Origin: a virus
Lineage: Duplodnaviria; Caudoviricetes
Virus record (IMG/VR): IMGVR_UViG_3300031627_000012
Span: 1-24,216 of that record
DNA length: 24,216 nt
Reading direction: 5' to 3' (one strand)
Shown here piece by piece: positions 5,048 to 13,335 of the stretch. Numbering within the stretch: position 1 is the stretch's first letter; every line of letters starts with the position of its first letter. The position numbers and the translations under genes are program-made. The notes beneath the pieces were generated by a model. That model ran no database searches and was not told the origin of the DNA. It saw only the letters and a program-made list of their open reading frames with translations.

Positions 5048-7196
5048 GCCTAACCTTTGCCTTGACACAGAGACTTACGTCCAAAAGAGGGCTAAGTTCC
5101 TTGGCTATCCTGACGACGAGGAGCTAAAAGGCTGGCTCGACACGTTCTCTGACCTGGCCGAGATGTCAGACCAGTCAATAGACTTTAGAAAGTTAAACCA
5201 GCAGGCTCTTGATCTTTTTGTTACTACTGTCGGGGTCTCCCCATTCGAGGCGTCCCTTATTGGCAAGTCAAACTACCTCGTTGTACCGGACGTGGTGGAG
5301 GCGAACGATGAACCTGACAGAAGACGAGATGATAACCCTGGTGTTGACCGCAATAGCGGCGATCTTCCTGCTCAACATGTGGACAGGCGCCCATTAGACA
5401 GGCCAATAGAGGTTGACGACCTTCTCGCTGACTTCGAGTTGTTTTGCACTGAGGCCATCAAGATTAAGTACCGTCCAGGCATGGGCGCTCACTGCGATAG
5501 TGGTGGGTACGGTCCATTCATCCTGAACGCTGGACAGAAGAAGCTCATATCTATTGTAATAGACATGTTCTTTAACAGGCAGGTGCCGGTACGCATTCAG
5601 ATACTAAAGTCACGACAGCTTGGTGTGACGACTATCTTCTTGGTGTTCAAGCTGTGGATTTGCTATCAGATTGATGGTTTTACCACGCTCTTTATGATTG
5701 ATAAAGGTGCTCACCTTGAAGAAAAGCGCCAGATGCTCATCACATGGATTGAGGCTGCGGCTGAAAAGTTTCCTGGATTGCCGACGATTAAACGTAGGGG
5801 GTCCAAAGTTATCGAGTTGACGAACGGGTCAAGAATCCTGCTTGAGTCTGCTGAGAGCCCCAACCCTGGTACTTCGGAGATGTTGCAGGGGCTACACCAG
5901 TCCGAGCGACCAAAGTGGCCAGAGGGCCGCTCACAGCAGGTTAAGGCGTCCATCCTGCCTGCCATCCCGGTCACTCGGCACACGATTGTTATTGATGAGT
6001 CTACTGCGGAGGGGTTCGATGACTTTAAGGCAGACTGGGTTCGCATACATGAAGCGCAGGGTGAGTTCTCCGACGTTCGTGTTGTTCCTATTTTTCTTCC
6101 TTGGTATGTGTCCGAGGAATACAGTAAGGACCCACCAAAGAAAGCCTTCCATAAAGGAAAGTTCAAATGGCTCAACGACGACCTTGAAGTCTGCGAGACC
6201 GATGGCGAGGGGAGCATCACACTGACCGAGGAGGCATACGCGCTGAAGCACAACTTGTCGTACTCCCAGATTTATTGGCGTCGGATGAAGATTAAGGCAC
6301 CATCCCCAACGGGCTTTGGTGGTGACAACGTAATCTTCAACCAGGAGTACCCAACAACACCTGACCACGCATGGGCGAGCATAGGCATTGGGTACTACCC
6401 ACACAGTGTCCTGAATAGAGTAGAGTGCTCTGAGCCCTGTTTTATTGGCCGCATCGAGCATGTTGGCCAGCCGATCACTACGCTACAGTTGACGAGCGCA
6501 CTGAATATGGACCCGAAGGTTGTGTCTGAGCAGTACGGGCCGCTTCGTATCTGGGAGATGCCAGAAGAAGGTATGCGCTACTTTGTCGGTGGCGATGTAG
6601 CTGAGGGCAAGACCATACTTAATGGTTCAAGGTCGGAGTCTGACTACTCAGTGCTCTGGGTTTTAGATGAGTATGGGCGAGATGTTGCAATGTTTCGCTC
6701 AAGGATACCTCCAGAGGAGTTAGCTTATTATCTCATCCTACTTGGAAGGTTTTACAATAATGCTCGGGTCAACTGCGAAAGGAACAAGGATGGCGCAACT
6801 GTTTGGGCTTTTTTTGAACCCACAGGCTATCCGAATGTATTTTACCGTGACGATACTCGTGGTCGTGTATCTGACCTTGCTTGGTCCCTTATTGGTCCTG
6901 GGGCTCGCATCCCGTTTCTAAATATGCTACGCGCTGCTATACGGGATGACCCGAGTAGGGTTCGTTCTAAACATCTTTTTGAAGAAATGCAGTCACTCGT
7001 TAGGAAGGCAAATGGTAAGGTTGAGCCAAGTTCAGGTAAACATGACGACTGTTTGTTTGCCCGTGGTCACGCGGAGGTTTGCAGGGTGGGTCTAACAGGC
7101 AGGATGATTGATAGTATTCCAGACCCAGAGGTTCCGCCCCCACCGGCAGATTCTATGGAGTCAATCTTTTCGGATAACGGCATTGAGGTTTGGTGA
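5034..7196 (+). CDS. terL: Terminase large subunit with ~130-aa N-terminal extension
   Basis: Walker A ILKSRQLGVTT, Walker B-like GLHQSE, coupling motif ESTAEG, FNQEYP, and RNase H-like nuclease motifs YFVGGDVAEG...SDYS, ERN, HDD. The start is uncertain (first ATG at 5034). Confidence 0.95.
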   Translation: MKTLKPNLCLDTETYVQKRAKFLGYPDDEELKGWLDTFSDLAEMSDQSIDFRKLNQQALDLFVTTVGVSPFEASLIGKSNYLVVPDVVEANDEPDRRRDDNPGVDRNSGDLPAQHVDRRPLDRPIEVDDLLADFELFCTEAIKIKYRPGMGAHCDSGGYGPFILNAGQKKLISIVIDMFFNRQVPVRIQILKSRQLGVTTIFLVFKLWICYQIDGFTTLFMIDKGAHLEEKRQMLITWIEAAAEKFPGLPTIKRRGSKVIELTNGSRILLESAESPNPGTSEMLQGLHQSERPKWPEGRSQQVKASILPAIPVTRHTIVIDESTAEGFDDFKADWVRIHEAQGEFSDVRVVPIFLPWYVSEEYSKDPPKKAFHKGKFKWLNDDLEVCETDGEGSITLTEEAYALKHNLSYSQIYWRRMKIKAPSPTGFGGDNVIFNQEYPTTPDHAWASIGIGYYPHSVLNRVECSEPCFIGRIEHVGQPITTLQLTSALNMDPKVVSEQYGPLRIWEMPEEGMRYFVGGDVAEGKTILNGSRSESDYSVLWVLDEYGRDVAMFRSRIPPEELAYYLILLGRFYNNARVNCERNKDGATVWAFFEPTGYPNVFYRDDTRGRVSDLAWSLIGPGARIPFLNMLRAAIRDDPSRVRSKHLFEEMQSLVRKANGKVEPSSGKHDDCLFARGHAEVCRVGLTGRMIDSIPDPEVPPPPADSMESIFSDNGIEVW
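5308..5397 (+). CDS. Putative overlapping 29-aa single-pass membrane peptide (MNLTEDEMITLVLTAIAAIFLLNMWTGAH), out of frame within terL
   Basis: GGAGG at 5297-5301, 6 nt before ATG 5308. Uninterrupted hydrophobic run. The overlapped terL frame here is a low-complexity D/R/N/P linker. Confidence 0.55.
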   Translation: MNLTEDEMITLVLTAIAAIFLLNMWTGAH

Positions 7197-9055
7197 TGGC
7201 TTTTGATTTTGAAAAATGGGATATGCGTGTTCGTCGGGACCTTCGATGGCGGCAGTCCACCATAGACAAGACATGGACTCGCAACGAAAAGTACGTCCGC
7301 AATGAGACTACTGACCGGTATGGGAACGCAGCATCATACAAGGGCAACCTTGTGCGAGAGTTTGAGAAGGTGATTTATCATCGCGTTGTCAACAAGGACC
7401 CGGCTATCAGGGTGCGTGCAGCGGACAATGAGTTCTCATCGAACGCAAAAGACCTTGAGGTCGTGGTTAATGATATGTCCCGAATCGTGGGCCTGAAGGA
7501 CTCCCTTCGCCAGGCGACCATGTACTCAACGTACAGTATGGGCTGGCTTGAGGTTGGTCATCCGTATGCTGCATGGGGCTTGAACCCACACCAGTATGCA
7601 GGCATCAACAGGAACATCACCGACCCTACGTCTCTTGACTCGACGTGGGAGGAGGTTGACCCCAGCCTTGCGCTCGCCCAGGGCATCGACCTGGAGCAAG
7701 TAGACAACCTCTCGCCTCTCGACTACGGGCCAGACTCGTTTATTACAGGTGCAGATAAGGAGCCGTCCCCCGTATTTAACGATGCAGGCATTGGCTTCCC
7801 GTACCTCACCTATGTGAACGGTAAGCATATCATTACGCCTGCTGACATCGAAAACTACATGGACGCAGACTACGTGGCCAGGCTCCGTCCAGTCACGCTC
7901 GATGAGTTGAACACCATGGGAGACGTAAAGGTCACCAACAAGGGTATCTCTCGCGAATACTGGCACCTGTTCCCCGAACTGGACATGGAATACCTTGGCG
8001 AGGATGTCGTTCTGATCGTCGAATGCTGGGTCAAGCGCGACCGTCTGGACTCAAGGTACAACAACTGGTTTGGTGCCTGGATATTCGGCGAGCCTGACTC
8101 TGTTGTTCGGAACATGGCGAACCCGTGGGGAGGCATGACCCCCTATACGCCAGTGAAGCTCACGAAGATGGGCAAGTTTCTGGAGCGCACAGTGGTGGAC
8201 GACATCGTTCCTGTGTCAGACATGTACAGCATTGCACTGAAGTCTATTGACCAGGACATGCTGGACAGCCTGAACCCGAAGGTGATCGTTGACCAGACGG
8301 CGAACATCAAGGACGACGACATCAAGAAACTGCTCAACCCGTCATACCGTGGACCAATCAAGGTCAACAGGGCGGAGGGTATCAAGATTGAGCGCGGGCC
8401 AGGCATTGACCTGAACAAGATGCACTACGTTCGGTTCCTGCGCGAGATTGCACAACAGAGCACGTCCACGTCAGAGATTGATAAAGGGCAAGCCGTAAAG
8501 AAGATTAGTGCACGTCAAACATCTGCCCTGGTTGATGCCACTGACCAGATTATTAACGGTATGCGCGAGTTAGTTGCGGAGGCTGCCGAGGAATCAATGA
8601 CAAAGTTGATGTTTATTCTCGGCCTATTCCACGGCAAGAAACAGCAGTATAAATATGGTCATCGTGTCGTAACTTTCGACCATGGTAAGCACGACTTTAC
8701 CACTTCACTGATTTACGACATCGACGTAAAGGACATGGGCCCAGATCCAGGCTCAGAAGACAAGATGCTGCTTATGCAGTTCATCCGCACGGTCTCAATG
8801 AACCCCGAGTTGTCCGCAAACTACGACTGGAACAAGATCGCTGGAGAGGTTGCACGGGTGTTCGGCTGGCCCCCAGACTCCGTTAAGCAGCAGATGCAGG
8901 AGATGGGCATGCCTGACCTTGAAGGGCTTGCACCAGGGGGGCAGCCGGGAGCGAACCCGAACCCGAACCCTGGCCGTGGTCCAACTGACCAATCCCAGTC
9001 TGCTGCGGCACCAAGCTCATCTAATGCTCTTTCCGGCTTGGCAAGGAGCGTATAA
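7196..9055 (+). CDS. Portal protein (P22-like size and position)
   Basis: About 619 aa directly after terL (TGATG overlap, GAGG at 7185). Helical composition, NPWGGMTPY, GQAVKKISARQTS and a Q/M/G/P-rich disordered tail typical of podovirus portals. Confidence 0.85.
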   Translation: MAFDFEKWDMRVRRDLRWRQSTIDKTWTRNEKYVRNETTDRYGNAASYKGNLVREFEKVIYHRVVNKDPAIRVRAADNEFSSNAKDLEVVVNDMSRIVGLKDSLRQATMYSTYSMGWLEVGHPYAAWGLNPHQYAGINRNITDPTSLDSTWEEVDPSLALAQGIDLEQVDNLSPLDYGPDSFITGADKEPSPVFNDAGIGFPYLTYVNGKHIITPADIENYMDADYVARLRPVTLDELNTMGDVKVTNKGISREYWHLFPELDMEYLGEDVVLIVECWVKRDRLDSRYNNWFGAWIFGEPDSVVRNMANPWGGMTPYTPVKLTKMGKFLERTVVDDIVPVSDMYSIALKSIDQDMLDSLNPKVIVDQTANIKDDDIKKLLNPSYRGPIKVNRAEGIKIERGPGIDLNKMHYVRFLREIAQQSTSTSEIDKGQAVKKISARQTSALVDATDQIINGMRELVAEAAEESMTKLMFILGLFHGKKQQYKYGHRVVTFDHGKHDFTTSLIYDIDVKDMGPDPGSEDKMLLMQFIRTVSMNPELSANYDWNKIAGEVARVFGWPPDSVKQQMQEMGMPDLEGLAPGGQPGANPNPNPGRGPTDQSQSAAAPSSSNALSGLARSV

Positions 9056-9492
9056 TGTTGTACGAATATCAGTGTGCTGACATCGGGTGCCTTCACGTAA
9101 CAGTAGAGATAAGAAGTGTTGCTGAGAGATTCAAATACCTCGAATGCGAAAGATGCGGCACCGAGGCCAAGAAAGTGATGTCTATACCTTCTCGCTCATG
9201 GGGGCTTAAGGTTGAGGTTGAAACTTACCCAATGGCTAATCATTTTCTTAGCAAACCTGGCCAGCCGCCTGTAGTGTTTGAAAACTCAACAGAAAGAAAG
9301 CAGTATTACAAGAGGCATGGTCTCGTTGATGCTGTTACGCCAGATTCAGATATGGCAACAATGTACACATCAGATGGCGATTGCAAGAACCATGAAGAAT
9401 CTGATAAGTTTGATAGTATAATGGAGCAGTCGAAATATGTTCGAGTGCCCGACCAATGGGAAGACAAGCCTTTAGGAGAAGAAAATGTCTGA
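9055..9492 (+). CDS. FmdB-like zinc-ribbon protein
   Basis: N-terminal YEYQCADIGC...CERCG...KKVMS pattern, commonly found after phage portal genes. TAATG overlap. Confidence 0.8.
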   Translation: MLYEYQCADIGCLHVTVEIRSVAERFKYLECERCGTEAKKVMSIPSRSWGLKVEVETYPMANHFLSKPGQPPVVFENSTERKQYYKRHGLVDAVTPDSDMATMYTSDGDCKNHEESDKFDSIMEQSKYVRVPDQWEDKPLGEENV

Positions 9493-10249
9493 AGAAACAA
9501 CCGCACCAGTAGCTACTGAGTCTGCCGCACCGGTGGCAAGCACAGGTAGTCCAGCATCACCGGAAGCCAGCCCATCATTTGATATGGCCACATGGGAGGC
9601 GTCTGGCGGTAGCCGGTCTGACCTGCCTGACGACTTCCGCAAGTTTTACGACCACATGAGCGACAACCACAAGAAGCAGGACTCATTCAATGCAGTCCGA
9701 GAGCTTCGTGGGCTTATTGACAGCGCCGACTCTCGCTCTACGGGCCAGAACGCGCCACGAGACCAGCAGACCGGGCAGCCGCCCGAGATTGAGCAGCAAG
9801 TCCAAGCACGCCTCGCGCAGATGCAGAACCAGAAGTCTGTTGAGAAGTTTCGGGGCGACTTCGAGACTATGCTTAAAGAGCCAATCAGTGTTGGTGACGG
9901 TCACTCGTATGCTTTCGCTGACAAGAAAGAGCTTGAGACGTTTGTAAACTATTCACGGGACGTTCTTCAAAACGGAAAGATTACCCCGCAGGACCTATAC
10001 AAACTATGGAACTTTGAACGAATCATGGCTGACACTGGCGAGTGGAAGGCAAGGTCGCATGAGGAAGCACTGCGGAAGACAGCGGGTGGCCCCAAGTCAG
10101 AAGCAGCGCCAACAAGTGCAAAAACCTCAAACGCCGAGTCGGGAAGCGCAGGCGAGCGCGACTCAAACTTGACGGTAGAGGAGATAATGAAACTCAAGTT
10201 CCCAGATATTTATGGAGACATGAAAGCTGGGACAGTCCGTTACGGATAA
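9485..10249 (+). CDS. Capsid scaffolding protein (putative)
   Basis: 254 aa between portal and capsid with acidic disordered N-terminus, Gln-rich helix and Ser/Ala-rich C-terminal linker. RBS TTAGGAGA at 9472-9479. Confidence 0.7.
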   Translation: MSEETTAPVATESAAPVASTGSPASPEASPSFDMATWEASGGSRSDLPDDFRKFYDHMSDNHKKQDSFNAVRELRGLIDSADSRSTGQNAPRDQQTGQPPEIEQQVQARLAQMQNQKSVEKFRGDFETMLKEPISVGDGHSYAFADKKELETFVNYSRDVLQNGKITPQDLYKLWNFERIMADTGEWKARSHEEALRKTAGGPKSEAAPTSAKTSNAESGSAGERDSNLTVEEIMKLKFPDIYGDMKAGTVRYG

Positions 10250-10275
10250 AACAACCCCTTTAGGAGATTAGTAAA

Positions 10276-11391
10276 ATGGGCACACGCTCTGAATACAGTG
10301 AAACAAAAGCACTTATCCAGGCTATTGAGGATCGGGCGAAAGCCATTATCCCTCAGCAGCTTGTACAGAACTGGTTCTATTACCGCTTGGTAAAGAATGC
10401 TCGTGCTGTAAAGTGCTACGACAACGTTGAGATTCCCCTCATGCCAGCCGTACCCACAATGGGTAAGTGGATTGGACGAGGCTCAACCCTCCCCGACAGT
10501 AGCAGTGACCAACTCGCTTTGGCCACGTTCAACAACCGCTACCTCGCCGTTCCTACCACACTCAACTTGGTTGATTTGTGGGAGCACGAGAACAACCCGA
10601 CTACCATCTTCCAAGATGCAGACTTCGAGGCGCTTAAAGCTGCCTGGGGTATGCGCCGGATGCTGTCGAACGCTGTTCTTAACGGTACTGGCGGACTTCA
10701 GCCTGATGGCCTTGTTGGTCGGATTCTGGAGAAGGCAGCACCAGTGGATCAGGTCCAGATCGTCGGTAACGTCGATAAGTCCTCGAAGCCGTGGTTTCGT
10801 AACCAATACGTGAACCTTACTCAGAACTTTGGACACATTGCTGCTGGCACGACAATCCCTGCTGGTATCCTTGCTGCTCAAACCCTTATTGATTCTTGTA
10901 CTGTTGGGCAAAGCGTCCCAACTGACATCGTAACGACCAAAGCGGTCTACATGATGTTCCGACGTGCAATGATTGAGATGAGTTCTGCGTACCACATGGC
11001 TACTTCCGAAGAAGACATGAACTTTGGTTTCAAGAGTCTCACCTTTGATGGTGTGAAACTTGCCTGGGACCCTCAAATGCCTACTGACACCATCATCTGT
11101 GTACACATGGGTCCGACCAAAATGGACTCTCGTCGCATGGGTGAGAACACAGCTAAGTTTGATGGCGACCTTGAAAACGCATCCGTTAAGAACACGCTTG
11201 AGTTGGATGGAGGACTATTCCTCACTCACAACCCGAACGTGAACATGCGGACGCTTGAGGCACGGACTCCATACCGTGAGCTTAACCAGACTTCTTGGCT
11301 TGTTAACTCCTTCAACATCGGTGTAGGCCGGATGTCAGACCAGGGTATTGCTGGTTCCGACAACGGTTCACGCTGGAGCACCTGGAGCTAA
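10276..11391 (+). CDS. Major capsid protein (HK97 fold)
   Basis: 371 aa with strong RBS TTAGGAGA. Backbone-helix motif MRRMLSNAVLNGTGGLQPDGL, PTDIVTT and GFKSLTFDGVKLAWDPQMP. Follows the scaffold gene. Confidence 0.9.
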   Translation: MGTRSEYSETKALIQAIEDRAKAIIPQQLVQNWFYYRLVKNARAVKCYDNVEIPLMPAVPTMGKWIGRGSTLPDSSSDQLALATFNNRYLAVPTTLNLVDLWEHENNPTTIFQDADFEALKAAWGMRRMLSNAVLNGTGGLQPDGLVGRILEKAAPVDQVQIVGNVDKSSKPWFRNQYVNLTQNFGHIAAGTTIPAGILAAQTLIDSCTVGQSVPTDIVTTKAVYMMFRRAMIEMSSAYHMATSEEDMNFGFKSLTFDGVKLAWDPQMPTDTIICVHMGPTKMDSRRMGENTAKFDGDLENASVKNTLELDGGLFLTHNPNVNMRTLEARTPYRELNQTSWLVNSFNIGVGRMSDQGIAGSDNGSRWSTWS

Positions 11392-11392
11392 T

Positions 11393-11806
11393 ATGTCTAC
11401 GATGATCCTACGAAGAATAAAGGACACGGTTGAGTATACTCACCTGTCCTCGAAATCGGCCCCGCCCACCGGTGAGCTTACGCTCACTGGTGCTGCCGGC
11501 GCTAACACCCAGGGTGCCTATACTGAAGTAACGTCGTCCCTTTCAGTAAACACTAAAATCGAGAGCATCTGCATCTACGGTCTTAGTGCTGCTGACCGGT
11601 ACACTGTGAACGTTGCCACGGGTGCCGCTGCTGCTGAGGTTGTTGTCGCTACCATCTCCATTGGTGGAGCTATAGCAGCAACAAGCACAGTACCAATCAA
11701 CATCCCAACCATTGCCAGTGGTACTCGCCTCGCTTGTAGCGTTGCGTCCGTCTCAGGTGGTGGTGATACATGCAAGATCGCAATCAACTATATTGAGGTG
11801 GTATAA
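11393..11806 (+). CDS. Putative minor capsid / decoration protein
   Basis: 137 aa from ATG 11393 (GGAG at 11384). Ala/Thr/Gly/Ile-rich beta pattern; directly after the capsid gene. Confidence 0.7.
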   Translation: MSTMILRRIKDTVEYTHLSSKSAPPTGELTLTGAAGANTQGAYTEVTSSLSVNTKIESICIYGLSAADRYTVNVATGAAAAEVVVATISIGGAIAATSTVPINIPTIASGTRLACSVASVSGGGDTCKIAINYIEVV

Positions 11807-12507
11807 TGCCAGTCCGTTCAGATGCTACAACCCTTGTCGGTAAATACGATGGGCATGGACCCCAGGCGTGGACCGACCTAAGCCCCCACTCGATGTTCAA
11901 AGATCCGAACATCATTATCCCCGCTGGCGAGATGACTCTCCACAGCGAGGACCAGGACCGTCAGGACTTGTACCTGCGTGAACGTAAGGTCATCTACACT
12001 GAGACCGTGCTTAACGTTACTTACAAGTACCTTCTAAACCTCGTGTTCTACCAGCATCCCGCTGGTGCCCTTGCCCTCACTGTGACCGCTACCGTTGGTA
12101 AGCTGATCGGCGAGGACGGGGTTGTGACTGCCGCTGCGGATACGCACACCACGGTTGCTGGCGTATCGCTTGGCAAGTACTTCACTGTTGGGGTTGACTC
12201 CTTCGGTGAGGCTGCTGTCGGGCCATATGGTGAGTCTTCATTGTCTGCCGATGCGTTTGTGAAGACCACAATCGCCGCTGGTGACGGTGTATGGCTTATC
12301 CGTAGTGGTACAGCCGTTGTGGATTGCTCTGCGGGTATCGCGGCTGGAGTAGAGGTAAAAGCCAACACCGGCGGCAAGGTTCAAGCCACCGCTGGCGCAG
12401 CCGATGTTCCATCCCTGCTAATGGGGACTTCTCGGGTCACGTCCGGTGGGGCCGCCCTTGGTCTTGTTGACCTTCGTATCCCTGAACGGCTTCCGCCAGT
12501 CAGTTAA
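11806..12507 (+). CDS. Putative capsid cement/decoration protein
   Basis: 233 aa. C-terminal TIAAGDGVWLIRSGTAVV...IAAGVEV pattern resembles capsid cement proteins. Lies upstream of the post-capsid terminator. Confidence 0.65.
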   Translation: MPVRSDATTLVGKYDGHGPQAWTDLSPHSMFKDPNIIIPAGEMTLHSEDQDRQDLYLRERKVIYTETVLNVTYKYLLNLVFYQHPAGALALTVTATVGKLIGEDGVVTAAADTHTTVAGVSLGKYFTVGVDSFGEAAVGPYGESSLSADAFVKTTIAAGDGVWLIRSGTAVVDCSAGIAAGVEVKANTGGKVQATAGAADVPSLLMGTSRVTSGGAALGLVDLRIPERLPPVS

Positions 12508-12516
12508 GCTAATACT

Positions 12517-12551
12517 ACTGGGGGCCTGGTTTACTGGGCCCCCGGTTTATT
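12517..12551 (+). terminator. Intrinsic terminator after the capsid block (weak U tract, probably leaky)
   Basis: 13-bp stem ACTGGGGGCCTGG-TTTA-CTGGGCCCCCGGT whose last T begins TTTATT; intergenic. Confidence 0.75.
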
Positions 12552-12566
12552 CAAAGGATTTTCATT

Positions 12567-12932
12567 ATGGCCGTATCTGTTACATCTCAGACAGACCCCT
12601 ATGTCGACAAACTGATTGTCGATACCGACGCCAATGCTACTGCTGAGGACAATGTTCTCACTGGTGCGGCTACGTGCTACATTCTTGATACAGACAACAG
12701 CAACAACAGCACCGCTGTTTATGCTAAGTTTTTCAACACCACGAACGCTACAACCGGGACGACGGAGCCAGACATTCTAATGCTTGTCCCTGCCAACGTT
12801 CGGCAGGTGTTGACGGTATCTTCTGGCGTGGTGTTCGCCGCTGGCCTTAGTATCGCTTGCGTTGCTGGTAAGGCAACCTCAAACGCAGTTAGCCCAACCA
12901 ACAGTATAACTATTAGAGTAATGGCGGAATAA
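12567..12932 (+). CDS. Small beta-rich virion protein, paralog A
   Basis: 121 aa with AAAGGA upstream. Contains VYAKFFN...GTTEPDILMLVPAN...GVVFAAGLS. Confidence 0.75.
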   Translation: MAVSVTSQTDPYVDKLIVDTDANATAEDNVLTGAATCYILDTDNSNNSTAVYAKFFNTTNATTGTTEPDILMLVPANVRQVLTVSSGVVFAAGLSIACVAGKATSNAVSPTNSITIRVMAE

Positions 12933-13333
12933 TGTCTCTTGAAACTACATTCTCAACTAATCCAGTAAAGACCATCATTGCATCTGAGACTGGACTTACG
13001 AGTGGCGGTGGTGCCGCTGCTGCCGGGGTTGGAATCAACAACATCACTGGTGGCGCAGCCTATATCCACTCCGTGGAGGTCAGCAACTCCTCATTCGGTA
13101 CGGACGTTTATGTGAAGCTGTACAACGCAGCCTCCGCAGTAGCGGGCACGACGGACGCTGACATCATCTTACTCTGTAAGGCCAACGTAAATAGGGTGTA
13201 CAACTTCTTCCCCGGCGTCCTGTTCTCAAACGGCGTTACTGCCGTATGCACAACCACCGCTGGTCAGGCTGGCACTACAGCGCCAGGCACGCCCCCTCCA
13301 GTTAAGTTCGTTTTCTCTGAATCCGCGAGCTAA
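12932..13333 (+). CDS. Small beta-rich virion protein, paralog B
   Basis: 133 aa, TAATG overlap. VYVKLYN...GTTDADIILLCKAN...GVLFSNGVT aligns with paralog A. Confidence 0.75.
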   Translation: MSLETTFSTNPVKTIIASETGLTSGGGAAAAGVGINNITGGAAYIHSVEVSNSSFGTDVYVKLYNAASAVAGTTDADIILLCKANVNRVYNFFPGVLFSNGVTAVCTTTAGQAGTTAPGTPPPVKFVFSESAS

Positions 13334-13335
13334 AA

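Noticed and set aside
8953-8970. (GAACCC)3 microsatellite
   Set aside because: In-frame NPNPNP within the disordered portal tail; ordinary low complexity.
11348-11392. Programmed frameshift fusing capsid to the downstream protein (T7 10A/10B style)
   Set aside because: The frames overlap but no slippery sequence is visible, and the downstream gene has its own GGAG and ATG at 11393.
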